Shown here: one piece after another, positions 8,724-17,954 of the stretch
How the letters are laid out: every line of letters starts with the position of its first letter
Position numbering within the stretch: position 1 is the first letter of the stretch
Virus record (IMG/VR): IMGVR_UViG_3300027706_000010
Coordinates: 1-61,552 of that record
DNA: 61,552 nucleotides
From: a virus
Taxonomy: Duplodnaviria; Caudoviricetes
Strand: one strand, 5' to 3'
Program-made: the position numbers and the translations under genes
The notes under the pieces: generated by a model
Told to the model about the DNA's origin: nothing
The model's input: the letters and a program-made list of their open reading frames with translations, nothing else
The model's database searches: none

Positions 8724-10175
8724 ATGCGAACGTTTAAGTATCGGCTCTATCCGACAAGGCGACAACAGGATGCCCTGCGATGGATTCTTGCCCGGTGTTG
8801 CGAATTATATAATGCTGCGCTCCAGGAGCGTCGTGATGCCTATGAGATGTGTGTCAGGCGGCATCCTGGCTATTATGATAAAGAGACGCGCCGAAAACAG
8901 ACGAGAGCGTATGCAATTACCAAATATGCTCAATCCAGAGAACTGACTGAAATTAAACATGAGATTCGCCCGGAGTATCAAGAAATTGGCGATCATGTTC
9001 TGCGCAATGTTTTGCAGCGTATTGATCTTGCATTTCAAGCGTTCTTTCGACGGGTGGCAGAGCGAGAGAAACACGGGGGTACAGGCAAAGTTGGGTATCC
9101 TCGTTTCAAAAGCTCCAGGCGGTATGATTCCTTTGCCACGGATAGCGCCTGTAAAATCCGCGATGGCCGTCTTGAGGTCAAGGGTGTGGGATGGGTTAAA
9201 GTCAAGCTCCATCGCCCGCTGTCAGGTGAGATTAAAACCTGGACGGTCAAACGGGAAGGGGAGCACTGGTATGTCTGTATCGTGTGCGATCAGGCGGCGC
9301 AAGAGACACCGCTCCCCTTCAATGGTGAGGCGGTTGGTATTGATCTTGGACTCCTGCATTTTGCCACGCTTTCGACCGGGGAAACGATTGAGAATCCGCG
9401 TTACTTTCGGCAGGCTGAGAAGAAGCTGGCCTTGCACCAGCAGGCGCTTGCGCGTAAGAAACGCAAAGATAAACGAACCGGATGTAAAGGGCATCGGCGG
9501 GAACGCGCGGTGAAACTGGTTGTCGCAGCGCATCGCAAGATCCGGAATCAGCGCCGCGATTTCCAGCACAAGGCATCGCGCCAGCTAGTGAATCGGTATG
9601 GCGCAATCGTATTCGAGGAGCTACAGCCTGCGAATCTCAGCAGGCGCCCAAAGGCGAAACAGGCTGAGGATGGGCATTACTTGCCCAATGGGGCCTCGGC
9701 AAAATCAGGACTCAATAAATCTATCTTAGATGCTGGTTGGGGCACGTTTGTACAGATGTGTGCGTACAAGGCGGAAGGGGCTGGTCGTGCGCTTGTGCAA
9801 GTCGATCCCAGAAATACCAGTCAGATCTGCTCAGGATGTGGAGAAATAGCCCATAAGAAGGATCTCAGCGAGCGCTGGCACGCATGTGCATGCGGGTGCT
9901 CGCTGGACCGCGACCATAATGCGGCGATCAACATTGTGCGGCGTGGGTTGGCATCTCTGAACCATGCAGATCTGAATTATCCAGCATTCCGCGAGGCAGA
10001 AAGCGGTGCTTTTCTCAAGCAGGATGCCTCGCAGCACACCGATGGGGGCGGGCCGCCCCTGCGCACCCGCAAGGGTGCGTGCACCCGCGAGGGTGCGTGC
10101 GCCCGCAAGGGCGCACTCAAGTCCTCTTCTTCTTCTCATGCTGCCTCGCAATTGGCGCTGTGGCCTGGCCTGTAA
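8724..10175 (+). CDS. tnpB: TnpB/Cas12f-like RNA-guided nuclease adjacent to CRISPR array
   Basis: MRTFKYRLYPT start, GYPRFK, RuvC-I GIDLG, RuvC-II VFEEL, zinc finger CSGC..CACG, RuvC-III DRDHNAA; about 65-aa low-complexity tail; no tnpA nearby. Confidence 0.9.
   Translation: MRTFKYRLYPTRRQQDALRWILARCCELYNAALQERRDAYEMCVRRHPGYYDKETRRKQTRAYAITKYAQSRELTEIKHEIRPEYQEIGDHVLRNVLQRIDLAFQAFFRRVAEREKHGGTGKVGYPRFKSSRRYDSFATDSACKIRDGRLEVKGVGWVKVKLHRPLSGEIKTWTVKREGEHWYVCIVCDQAAQETPLPFNGEAVGIDLGLLHFATLSTGETIENPRYFRQAEKKLALHQQALARKKRKDKRTGCKGHRRERAVKLVVAAHRKIRNQRRDFQHKASRQLVNRYGAIVFEELQPANLSRRPKAKQAEDGHYLPNGASAKSGLNKSILDAGWGTFVQMCAYKAEGAGRALVQVDPRNTSQICSGCGEIAHKKDLSERWHACACGCSLDRDHNAAINIVRRGLASLNHADLNYPAFREAESGAFLKQDASQHTDGGGPPLRTRKGACTREGACARKGALKSSSSSHAASQLALWPGL
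9990..10170 (+). ncRNA. Structured RNA overlapping tnpB 3' end (omegaRNA/tracrRNA-like)
   Basis: Three tandem GNRA hairpins (10061-80 GCAA, 10081-96 GCGA, 10097-116 GCAA), closing stem gcgaggcag/ctgcctcgc, partial anti-repeat at 10128-10166. Confidence 0.6.
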
Positions 10176-10196
10176 AGCGGCCTCTCATCACCGGCC

Positions 10197-10750
10197 CTTG
10201 CAAGGCATGATAAGGAAGATGGGGATAGGCCACTCGACAAAACTTAGGCAGCTAAAAGTACCGGTAATACCTTGCAAGGCATGATAAGGAAGATGGGGAT
10301 AGGCCACAGGAAGATTTTCAAAGATCCCGAACGGATGCCGCAGACCTTGCAAGGCATGATAAGGAAGATGGGGATAGGCCACACAGATTAAGAGCGGTGT
10401 CACACTGCCACTTCTTAACTTGCAAGGCATGATAAGGAAGATGGGGATAGGCCACGATTTAGACCATTGCGTTGACGAAGATGGGAACATCTTGCAAGGC
10501 ATGATAAGGAAGATGGGGATAGGCCACGCTCCGGTGGTATTCGCGCCCTGCACGGATATGCCGAACTTGCAAGGCATGATAAGGAAGATGGGGATAGGCC
10601 ACCCGTTCAATCCCCGTACCGGCGCTGGCGCTAGAGGACCTTGCAAGGCATGATAAGGAAGATGGGGATAGGCCACCCGTTCAATCCCCGTACCGGCGCT
10701 GGCGCTAGAGGACCTTGCAAGGCATGATAAGGAAGATGGGGATAGGCTAC
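10197..10750 (+). CRISPR. CRISPR array, 8 repeats and 7 spacers
   Basis: 37-bp repeat CTTGCAAGGCATGATAAGGAAGATGGGGATAGGCCAC at 10197, 10271, 10346, 10419, 10491, 10566, 10640, 10714 (last ends CTAC); spacers 35-38 bp; spacers 6 and 7 identical; strand inferred. Confidence 0.97.
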
Positions 10751-10755
10751 CACCT

Positions 10756-10974
10756 ATGAGAAGGAGATGGCTTGTGCGCCAGGAGAACCGGATGAGACAA
10801 ACCTTATATCAGCAATTGGCTGATTTTAAGCGACAGAATCCTAAAGTAGTGGAGGCAATGGAGCTTTTTGGCATAACGCTAATTCAGTACCAGCGAGCTT
10901 TAGAGGCTTTATATAATCCGCGTATTTACCAGAGTACTTCTACTGTGAGTGAGGAGAAGCCCTATTACTCATAA
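10756..10974 (+). CDS. Small hypothetical protein (start uncertain)
   Basis: ORF with AGGAG before ATG 10792. Confidence 0.45.
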   Translation: MRRRWLVRQENRMRQTLYQQLADFKRQNPKVVEAMELFGITLIQYQRALEALYNPRIYQSTSTVSEEKPYYS

Positions 10975-11425
10975 ACATTCGTGGCGCGGCCTTAATTAAT
11001 TTTCACAGAACAACAGACGCGCTTTTCTTGCAATACTCCGAGCTATCGTGATACAATGGTAGTGGCCGATCGAATGGTTGTTGCGAATATGTATGTTCTC
11101 CTTGCGAGACGCGGATCTCTGTATGGTCGGGATAGCAGAGGTCCGCGTTTCGTTTTCGTGTAGCGTTGTATAGGTACGTGCGAGTGAGAGTGATCTTTAC
11201 AAATCTCAGTGTGGTATGGTATGCTTTGCGCATGGATCCTTCAGGTTGTAATGTTTTTTAGGTTCCTTTTTGACCGGCGACATGAGAAGAGCCAGGTCCG
11301 TTCTCGCGCTGCTTGTGAAGACGGCCTGGTTTCTTCTTATGTGGCTCGTGTATCTCCTCTCGGCGCGTATCCAAGTGCGCTATGGGCCATTGTACGGTCA
11401 AGATGTTGACATTGAAAGTGGCTGA

Positions 11426-11845
11426 ATGGCAAAAGAGGTTATCACGCGTGATGTGAACGCGGCGCAGCGTGCGATGCAGGCCATCGAACTGCGCAAGCAG
11501 AAGCTTTCTTATGATGAGATTGCTGCCAGGTGTGGCTATTCGGGCCGTAGCGCGGCGCGTAAGGCCATCATGCGTGAGCTTCAGAGAGTCGCCGTGCGTA
11601 ATATTGAGGAGTTGCGCACGGAAGAGCTTGCCATTCTCGATGCCATGCATGCTGAATGCTGGCAACTGGCGATGGATCGCAAGAATCGGGGTCGGCTTTT
11701 TGCGATGGACCGATTGCTCCAGATCAGTAAAGCGCGTAGGGAACTAATGGGTCTCGATATGGGGCCGGAGGATCACATCGCGCAGCAGAACTATACCAAA
11801 CGGGTCATCCTCACCCACGAGGAGGTGGGTAGTGCAGGCCATTGA
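11426..11845 (+). CDS. terS: Terminase small subunit (HTH)
   Basis: LRKQKLSYDEIAARCGY HTH; overlaps terL start. Confidence 0.7.
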   Translation: MAKEVITRDVNAAQRAMQAIELRKQKLSYDEIAARCGYSGRSAARKAIMRELQRVAVRNIEELRTEELAILDAMHAECWQLAMDRKNRGRLFAMDRLLQISKARRELMGLDMGPEDHIAQQNYTKRVILTHEEVGSAGH

Positions 11846-13142
11846 AGAAACCTATACGGCCTATGGGGCCTGCTCTCGCCTTTTCACCTGCACTGCGCCG
11901 GAGGTAATGCTAGATGGTCCAGCCGGGACCGGCAAATCACGCGCGAACCTCGAATATTTGAACTACTGGGCAACCGAATATCCTGGCTGCCGCCTGTTGA
12001 TGGTGCGCAAGACGCGCCGCTCGCTCACTGAATCGGGCATGGTGACACTTGAGCAAAAAGTGCTGCACCCGGCGCAAGGGGTGTATTTTTCCTCTACAAA
12101 GCAGCAATATCAGTATCCCAATGGCTCGATCATTGCCGTTGGCGGTCTCGATAAACCCTCAAAGATCATGTCCTCGGAATGGGACATCATCTATGTGCAG
12201 GAAGCTACGGAACTCTCGCTCGATGACTGGGAGTCGTGCAGTATCCGGTTGCGCAATGGGAAATTGCCGGTGCAGCAGATGATTGGAGACTGTAATCCAG
12301 GTGCGCCCACGCACTGGATCAGGCAGCGTGCCAGCGAGGGCACGTTATTGATGCTGGAAACCCGGCATGAGGATAATCCGCTACTCTTTCATCGGGATGG
12401 CACGATGACGGCGGAGGGCGAGCGTTATCTTGAGAAGCTGGATCGGCTGACTGGTGTGCGGTATGCTCGCTACCGGCGTGGGTTATGGATTGCGGCGGAA
12501 AACATGGTATATGAAGATGCCTGGGACCCGGCGCGCAATGTCGTAGATCGGCAGCCGATTCCGAAGGAGTGGCCGCGCTATCTTGCTATCGACTTCGGGT
12601 ATACTCATCCGTTTGTATGCCTGTGGGCTGCGCTTGATTCTGATGGCCGCTTGTGGGTATACCGGCAGCTGTACAAAACAAAGCAGTTGGTAGAGGATCA
12701 CGCGCGCGAAATTCGGAAATTGTCGAACTGGGGCGCGCCGGGGGGTGATCCTCTGCCCCGGGCTATCATCTGCGATCACGATGCCGAGGATCGCGCGACC
12801 TTAGAGCGGCACCTGGGACTTACGACGATACCGGCCTATAAAAATGTGAGTGCGGGCATTCAGGCCGTAGCCTCACGGTTTCGTGTGGCCGGTGATGGGA
12901 AGCCGCGTATCTTGATTGTGCGTGACTCGCTGGTCCAGCGTGACCCAGATCTGGCGGAAGGAAAGCAGCCAACGTGTCTGGAAGAGGAGCCAGAGTCGTA
13001 TGTGTGGGATATACGGCAGGGGATGAAACATGGTGAGCAGCCGGTGAAGGAGTCGGATCACGCGCTTGACGCGCTCCGGTATCTGGTCGCACACCTGGAC
13101 TTGAGACCAACGGATGTCCGTTACTCCAGTAGAGTGTATTGA
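11832..13142 (+). CDS. terL: Terminase large subunit
   Basis: Walker A DGPAGTGKS, Walker B IIYVQEA, CNPG, nuclease LAIDFG and DHALDALRY. Confidence 0.92.
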   Translation: MQAIEETYTAYGACSRLFTCTAPEVMLDGPAGTGKSRANLEYLNYWATEYPGCRLLMVRKTRRSLTESGMVTLEQKVLHPAQGVYFSSTKQQYQYPNGSIIAVGGLDKPSKIMSSEWDIIYVQEATELSLDDWESCSIRLRNGKLPVQQMIGDCNPGAPTHWIRQRASEGTLLMLETRHEDNPLLFHRDGTMTAEGERYLEKLDRLTGVRYARYRRGLWIAAENMVYEDAWDPARNVVDRQPIPKEWPRYLAIDFGYTHPFVCLWAALDSDGRLWVYRQLYKTKQLVEDHAREIRKLSNWGAPGGDPLPRAIICDHDAEDRATLERHLGLTTIPAYKNVSAGIQAVASRFRVAGDGKPRILIVRDSLVQRDPDLAEGKQPTCLEEEPESYVWDIRQGMKHGEQPVKESDHALDALRYLVAHLDLRPTDVRYSSRVY

Positions 13143-13152
13143 GGGGATACAG

Positions 13153-14688
13153 ATGATGCAAACTGTCATGCCAGCCGCACAACAGCAACCTCCTGCCCGG
13201 TCTCAATTACAGCAGCCGCGTTATCAGATGACCGACGCGGACCGCAAACGGGTCAAGCGTATTGCCGACGCCTGGCAGGCGTATTGTGGTGATCTGGACA
13301 AGCCGCTACAGACGCTGCCCGGCCAGCCAGATGACAACGTGCTTACAAATCGTATGCAGGCGGTAGTAGATCGCGGCGTCGATTTCCTCTTTGGCAAAGA
13401 GATCGAGATCAGCGTGGAGGAGGGCGCGCCGCAAGAGGCACAGAACTTTTTAAATCAGACCTGGGGTCGTAAAGAGCAGCGCATCCCCCTTTTGCAAAAA
13501 CTGGCGATGAATGGCGCGGTGTGCGGGCAGGCGTTCTTGCGTATTGTGCCTGAACCCAATGGGACGTTTCGCCTCGTTGTGGTTGATCCCTCCACGGTTT
13601 TCGTGAAGACGGCTCCGCAGGACTGTGAAACGGTTCTCCTGTACTGCATCCAGTACGAGAGCGACGAACCGGACAGCACGGGCCGGGCCGTGCGTATCCA
13701 GTATCGAGAAGAGATCAGTCGCATCGACCCCGATCACGATGGGGATGACGGCAACCCGTTTGCCGATGTGGATGCCACGTGGCAGATTCAGCACTGGTCG
13801 CGTATCGGTGAGCGCGGCCCCTGGACGCCAGCGGGCGAGCCAATCATGTGGCCGTACCCATTCCCCCCATTATTTTCCTGCCAGAACTTACCAAACCCGA
13901 ATGATTTTTGGGGCAGGCCCGATATCACACCCGACCTTATCGGGGTCAATACGGCGCTTAATCTGGTGCAATCAAACATTAATCGCTCGGAGAAGCTCTA
14001 CGGCAATCCATTAATTTACGCTACTGGTACGGGTGAGCAGATCATTGATATCAAGCCGGGCAAGATCATCGGCCTGCCTTTGAGCGAGAGCAAAATTGTG
14101 GCCGTTCAACTGCATACCGATGTCGCCAACGCGCTCACCTTTGCCAACAATTTGCGTTCCGATATCGATGAGCAATCCGCCGTGCCAGGCGTTGCGACTG
14201 GTCGCCTCGCGGAGTTGCCACGTGGCAATCTGTCAGGGATTGCCATTGAATTATTGTTCATGCCGCTCCTGAAAAAGACGGATAAGAAGCGCTGCCTGTA
14301 TGGGGAATTAATCATTAATGTCTCGAAGGCGCTGCTTGTGCTCAATCGGATGAGCGGAGATATTGAAATAATGCTCGCGTGGCAGAGTCCGCTGCCATCC
14401 GACGATTTGCCGTCGGTGCAATCTGCGATAGCGAAAAAAGAGATTGGAATTAGCAATACGACGCTCATGCGGGAGCTTGGCTACGACCCGGATGAGGAAC
14501 TGGAACTGAATCAGGTGGAAGATGAGCAAAAGCTGATCGCCTTTTCTCGTGGGCAGGGGCTGCCGCCTGGTGTGCCTGGTGCGCCGAAATTGCCAGGACA
14601 GTTATATCCGCCCCCGGCACCGGGGCAGGGGACACCCGGCCAGTCAGCGCCAGCACAACCGTCAGCGCAGGGAGGCGCGCCCGCATGA
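13153..14688 (+). CDS. Portal protein (SPP1 gp6-like)
   Basis: Follows terL; VVD..VDFLFG, SGIAI motifs; about 510 aa. Confidence 0.85.
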   Translation: MMQTVMPAAQQQPPARSQLQQPRYQMTDADRKRVKRIADAWQAYCGDLDKPLQTLPGQPDDNVLTNRMQAVVDRGVDFLFGKEIEISVEEGAPQEAQNFLNQTWGRKEQRIPLLQKLAMNGAVCGQAFLRIVPEPNGTFRLVVVDPSTVFVKTAPQDCETVLLYCIQYESDEPDSTGRAVRIQYREEISRIDPDHDGDDGNPFADVDATWQIQHWSRIGERGPWTPAGEPIMWPYPFPPLFSCQNLPNPNDFWGRPDITPDLIGVNTALNLVQSNINRSEKLYGNPLIYATGTGEQIIDIKPGKIIGLPLSESKIVAVQLHTDVANALTFANNLRSDIDEQSAVPGVATGRLAELPRGNLSGIAIELLFMPLLKKTDKKRCLYGELIINVSKALLVLNRMSGDIEIMLAWQSPLPSDDLPSVQSAIAKKEIGISNTTLMRELGYDPDEELELNQVEDEQKLIAFSRGQGLPPGVPGAPKLPGQLYPPPAPGQGTPGQSAPAQPSAQGGAPA

Positions 14689-15107
14689 AAAGCTATCATG
14701 ATCCTGTGACGGGCGATGAACTTTCGGCAGGCGAGCATGTATCATGGATGATTCAGTCGGTCATTCGGCGCTGGTCCTTCTTGATTACATTCTCGTTATT
14801 GACCCTTCTTGCCTGGGCATTGTCGCTTTTCCTGCCGGGCGGCGGCGCGATCCTGGTCTGGTGGAATCTCATCGCGTCCTACATGGCGATTGTGATTGAG
14901 TCAATCGTCGGCCTTGCCATGTTCAACCAGACCAGGCGAGATGCCGTGATTATTCGAGAGGTGCGCACGCTTGCTCGACAGCATGAGCAGGCGCTTGCGA
15001 GAATGATTGATCTTGAAGAGAAAACAGAGAAGCAGACTGAGATGTTATATGAACTTTTGAAAGAGCAGGCAGAGATCAAACGGAGAACAGGATGGTTGCG
15101 TTCATGA
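14685..15107 (+). CDS. Membrane protein (DUF1003-like)
   Basis: WSFLI TM segment, WNL..S..A, NQTRRD, C-terminal coiled coil. Confidence 0.55.
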   Translation: MKSYHDPVTGDELSAGEHVSWMIQSVIRRWSFLITFSLLTLLAWALSLFLPGGGAILVWWNLIASYMAIVIESIVGLAMFNQTRRDAVIIREVRTLARQHEQALARMIDLEEKTEKQTEMLYELLKEQAEIKRRTGWLRS

Positions 15108-15233
15108 TGAGACGCTTTTTGTGTTTGCTTGGATTGCATGCCTACCGGCCTGTGGGCTGGTCGCCCTCGTCGCGTTGGGTTACCTGCTGGCATTGTTGCA
15201 AGGTCAAGAAAGTAAGATTGCGGGGATAATGGT

Positions 15234-15476
15234 ATGGTATCGGAGAAATTTCAGGAAATCGAGGATAAGATGGGGGCGGCGCTGCTGCTGTACGCGGACG
15301 TTGTTGGAGAGATTGCCGGCGAACTTAAACGAGAACGAGCCGATATTGAGCATGCTTTGCTCATGGCTTGCGTGGCGACGGGAACGCGCCCACTTGATAC
15401 TGCTTTTTGTATTAATGAGTTCCTTGTAGCGTTACACGAGAGTATACCGTTGCAGCATGAGGATAGCGCCGTATGA
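15234..15476 (+). CDS. Hypothetical protein
   Basis: ORF coupled to next gene by ATGA overlap. Confidence 0.5.
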   Translation: MVSEKFQEIEDKMGAALLLYADVVGEIAGELKRERADIEHALLMACVATGTRPLDTAFCINEFLVALHESIPLQHEDSAV

Positions 15477-16465
15477 TGCAGGGCCGTTTGCAGCAGGTCA
15501 CAGCGCATTACAAACAGCAACTTCTGCATCACGAAGTGCAGGCAGAGCACGCGCTTGTAGAAGCGCACCAGCACACGCTAGCCCAGGTGCAGGCACATCT
15601 TGTCGGGCTGTATCACCAGATCGCTACTGCCGGGCAATCTGGTGGTCATGTGCCGGTTTCGCGCCTCTTTGATGTCAGCCGGTTGCAATCGGCAAAGCAT
15701 TTTATTATTACCCAACTCGATCATTATGGCGTTCTGGCGCAGCAGGCAACACAGCATTTGCAGCAGCAAGGAGTGTTGCTTGGGCAGCAAGCCGCGCAGG
15801 CGCAGTTGCACGCTGTTTCTGGCGTCTGGACGTTCACCCCTCCCTCTCCCGGTGTTATTCACAGCCTGGTTGGTGCGACGCGTGCGGGTTCCCCGCTTTC
15901 GGACCTCTTCAATGGTTTTGGGAGTGAAGCTGCGAAGGGGGCAAGCGAGGCGCTGATCCGGGGTGTCACGCTTGGCAGCAGCGTACAGCAGATTGCCAGA
16001 GAGGTGCAGCAGGCGCTTGACGTGTCGCGTTATCGGGCGCTCACCATTGCGCGAACGGAAACGCTGAGAGCGTTCCGCACGGCCAATCTCGATACCTACC
16101 AGGCAAGCGGGCTGGTGCAAGCCTGGCAGTGGACTGCTTCTTTATCGGCGCGCACCTGCGCGGCCTGCATTGCGATGGATGGCAGCATCCACGATCTGTC
16201 AGAGCCGATGGATAGCCATGTGAACTGTCGGTGCACTATGACACCTGTATTGATTGGCGCTACAGTCACCAACACGACACGCGGCGCTGACTGGTTTGAT
16301 AACCAGGATGAATCGGTGCAGCAAGCTATTCTGGGGAGTGCTGGCTACGATCTCTATCGTTCGGGGCAGGCCAGCCTGCACGATTTTGTCGGGGTACGTC
16401 ATGATGCGCAGTGGGGCAGTTCTATTTACGTGAAATCGGTCAGGCAACTCAAGAAAGGAGCGTAA
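15473..16465 (+). CDS. Minor head protein (SPP1 gp7/MuF-like)
   Basis: RALTIARTE, W..RTC..C..DG, HVNCRC. Confidence 0.85.
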   Translation: MMQGRLQQVTAHYKQQLLHHEVQAEHALVEAHQHTLAQVQAHLVGLYHQIATAGQSGGHVPVSRLFDVSRLQSAKHFIITQLDHYGVLAQQATQHLQQQGVLLGQQAAQAQLHAVSGVWTFTPPSPGVIHSLVGATRAGSPLSDLFNGFGSEAAKGASEALIRGVTLGSSVQQIAREVQQALDVSRYRALTIARTETLRAFRTANLDTYQASGLVQAWQWTASLSARTCAACIAMDGSIHDLSEPMDSHVNCRCTMTPVLIGATVTNTTRGADWFDNQDESVQQAILGSAGYDLYRSGQASLHDFVGVRHDAQWGSSIYVKSVRQLKKGA

Positions 16466-16466
16466 A

Positions 16467-16616
16467 ATGGGAGGCAAACCGAAAACGAGTACGCCGAGGG
16501 ATATGCGTTTGAAGCGCAACAATCCGAACGCTGGCAGGCCAGCGCAGAAACCAGCGCAGCCACAGCCAGCACAACAGCTAACAAAGAAAGGAGCAATGCA
16601 AAATGGCCGTAGTTGA
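16467..16616 (+). CDS. 49-aa basic peptide absent from the ORF track
   Basis: AAAGGAG RBS; MGGKPKTSTPRDMRLKRN...; fills the gap between head genes. Confidence 0.5.
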   Translation: MGGKPKTSTPRDMRLKRNNPNAGRPAQKPAQPQPAQQLTKKGAMQNGRS

Positions 16617-16926
16617 TAAACCCTGGGACGGCTCAGCATCACGCTGGCCTGACACCGACGCATATTGTGCATCGTGTCTCATCGACACCAACCCGCCTGG
16701 TAAGCCAAAAATACAGGCCAATTGCAAATTGCCGATTAAAGAGCCGGGTGGGGACATCAATAAGAATGCGCTTGGGGCGGCTGCCGCTGCTCTTGCCGGG
16801 GCGCGCGGTGGGATCAAAGGCGTTTCACCGGCTGACAAAGCAAAAGCGGCTCGTGCGCTCATTCGAGCCTATAATGAGGCAAAGATGGATGTCCCGGATA
16901 GTTTGCGGCGGATGGCGGGGTCCTGA
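16603..16926 (+). CDS. Head-module hypothetical protein
   Basis: RBS AAAGGAG; lies in head operon. Confidence 0.6.
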   Translation: MAVVDKPWDGSASRWPDTDAYCASCLIDTNPPGKPKIQANCKLPIKEPGGDINKNALGAAAAALAGARGGIKGVSPADKAKAARALIRAYNEAKMDVPDSLRRMAGS

Positions 16927-17172
16927 ATGGCAAAGAAATCGGATTCGCGTCACCGGCGGCGGACCGAGGATGAGATGCTAAAAGCGCTTTCTGTGATTGA
17001 GGGGAAGCGGGCTGTGCTACATGTCAATGCTGATGACGAGCATGTTGATGTGCTGGCTGATGTTGTCGCGGAGCTTCTTGCCCTGCGAGGGATCACGACA
17101 AAGCTTGTGCAGGTGGTGAGTATCGCGCAGCAGGAAGCCACGACGATGCTGAAGAACCTCTTCTCATCCTGA
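16927..17172 (+). CDS. Hypothetical protein
   Basis: Abuts previous stop codon. Confidence 0.45.
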   Translation: MAKKSDSRHRRRTEDEMLKALSVIEGKRAVLHVNADDEHVDVLADVVAELLALRGITTKLVQVVSIAQQEATTMLKNLFSS

Positions 17173-17207
17173 CACCATGTTGACAGTTTTTGTGAAAGTA
17201 ACGTACA

Positions 17208-17867
17208 ATGGCGGATAATGACGAGATAGCAGGGGAACCCCAGGCGGGCGAACCTGAGCAGAGCACCCCGGCCCCAGGCGGGCCAACGACAACTACATCA
17301 ACACCCCCGGCGGGCGGCGATGGCAACACTACTACCGAAACGATCTCTCTGGAAGAGGCGCGCAAGCTGCGATCTGAGGCTCAGAACCTGCGCAAACGGC
17401 TGAAATCTTATGAGGATGCTGAGCGAGCCGCGCAGGAGGCGCAGATGACGGCGCAGCAGAAGCTTGAGAAGCAGTACGCCGACTTGCAAGCGCAGCATGA
17501 AGCGCACGTGCGCAGCACGCAAGAGCGTATCATTCGCTACGAGGTCGAAGCGCAGGCCCGTAAGCTCAACATCATCGATCCAGATGCCGCCGCGAAGCTT
17601 CTGGACTGGTCCGAGTTGGAGTTTGATGATGAGGGCTTGCCGATCAATGCGGGCAAGCTGCTGGAGAAGCTGATAAAAAACAAACCGTATCTTGTAGCGC
17701 AAGCTACTCAGCAATCGAGCCAGCCAACAGATCAGTCACTCCAATCGGGCAGGCCAGCGACACCGGCCATCCCGGCGATGAATCCGGGGCGCTCACAGAT
17801 CGCGCAGCCGGGGACTACGCCTCCAGGGAAAATTCCGCGCCTCTCCGATGTGTGGTCAAGGCGCTAA
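17208..17867 (+). CDS. Capsid scaffolding protein
   Basis: Disordered N-terminus, LRSEA..R coiled coil, IDPD.A, KPYL; directly before MCP. Confidence 0.8.
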   Translation: MADNDEIAGEPQAGEPEQSTPAPGGPTTTTSTPPAGGDGNTTTETISLEEARKLRSEAQNLRKRLKSYEDAERAAQEAQMTAQQKLEKQYADLQAQHEAHVRSTQERIIRYEVEAQARKLNIIDPDAAAKLLDWSELEFDDEGLPINAGKLLEKLIKNKPYLVAQATQQSSQPTDQSLQSGRPATPAIPAMNPGRSQIAQPGTTPPGKIPRLSDVWSRR

Positions 17868-17954
17868 ACAGATATTCTATCCAATCTCGTGTATCTCGTC
17901 CTGAGCACCATTCTTGCCGGGTGATGTTCGGGAGGGGATGATAGGAGTTTTCTT

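Noticed and set aside
10603-10639. Spacer 6/7 gttcaatcccc as a tRNA T-loop
   Set aside because: No flanking T-stem pairing; a coding origin fits better
10188-10676. ORFs spanning the CRISPR array
   Set aside because: Translations of repeats (recurring WPIPIFLIMPCK)
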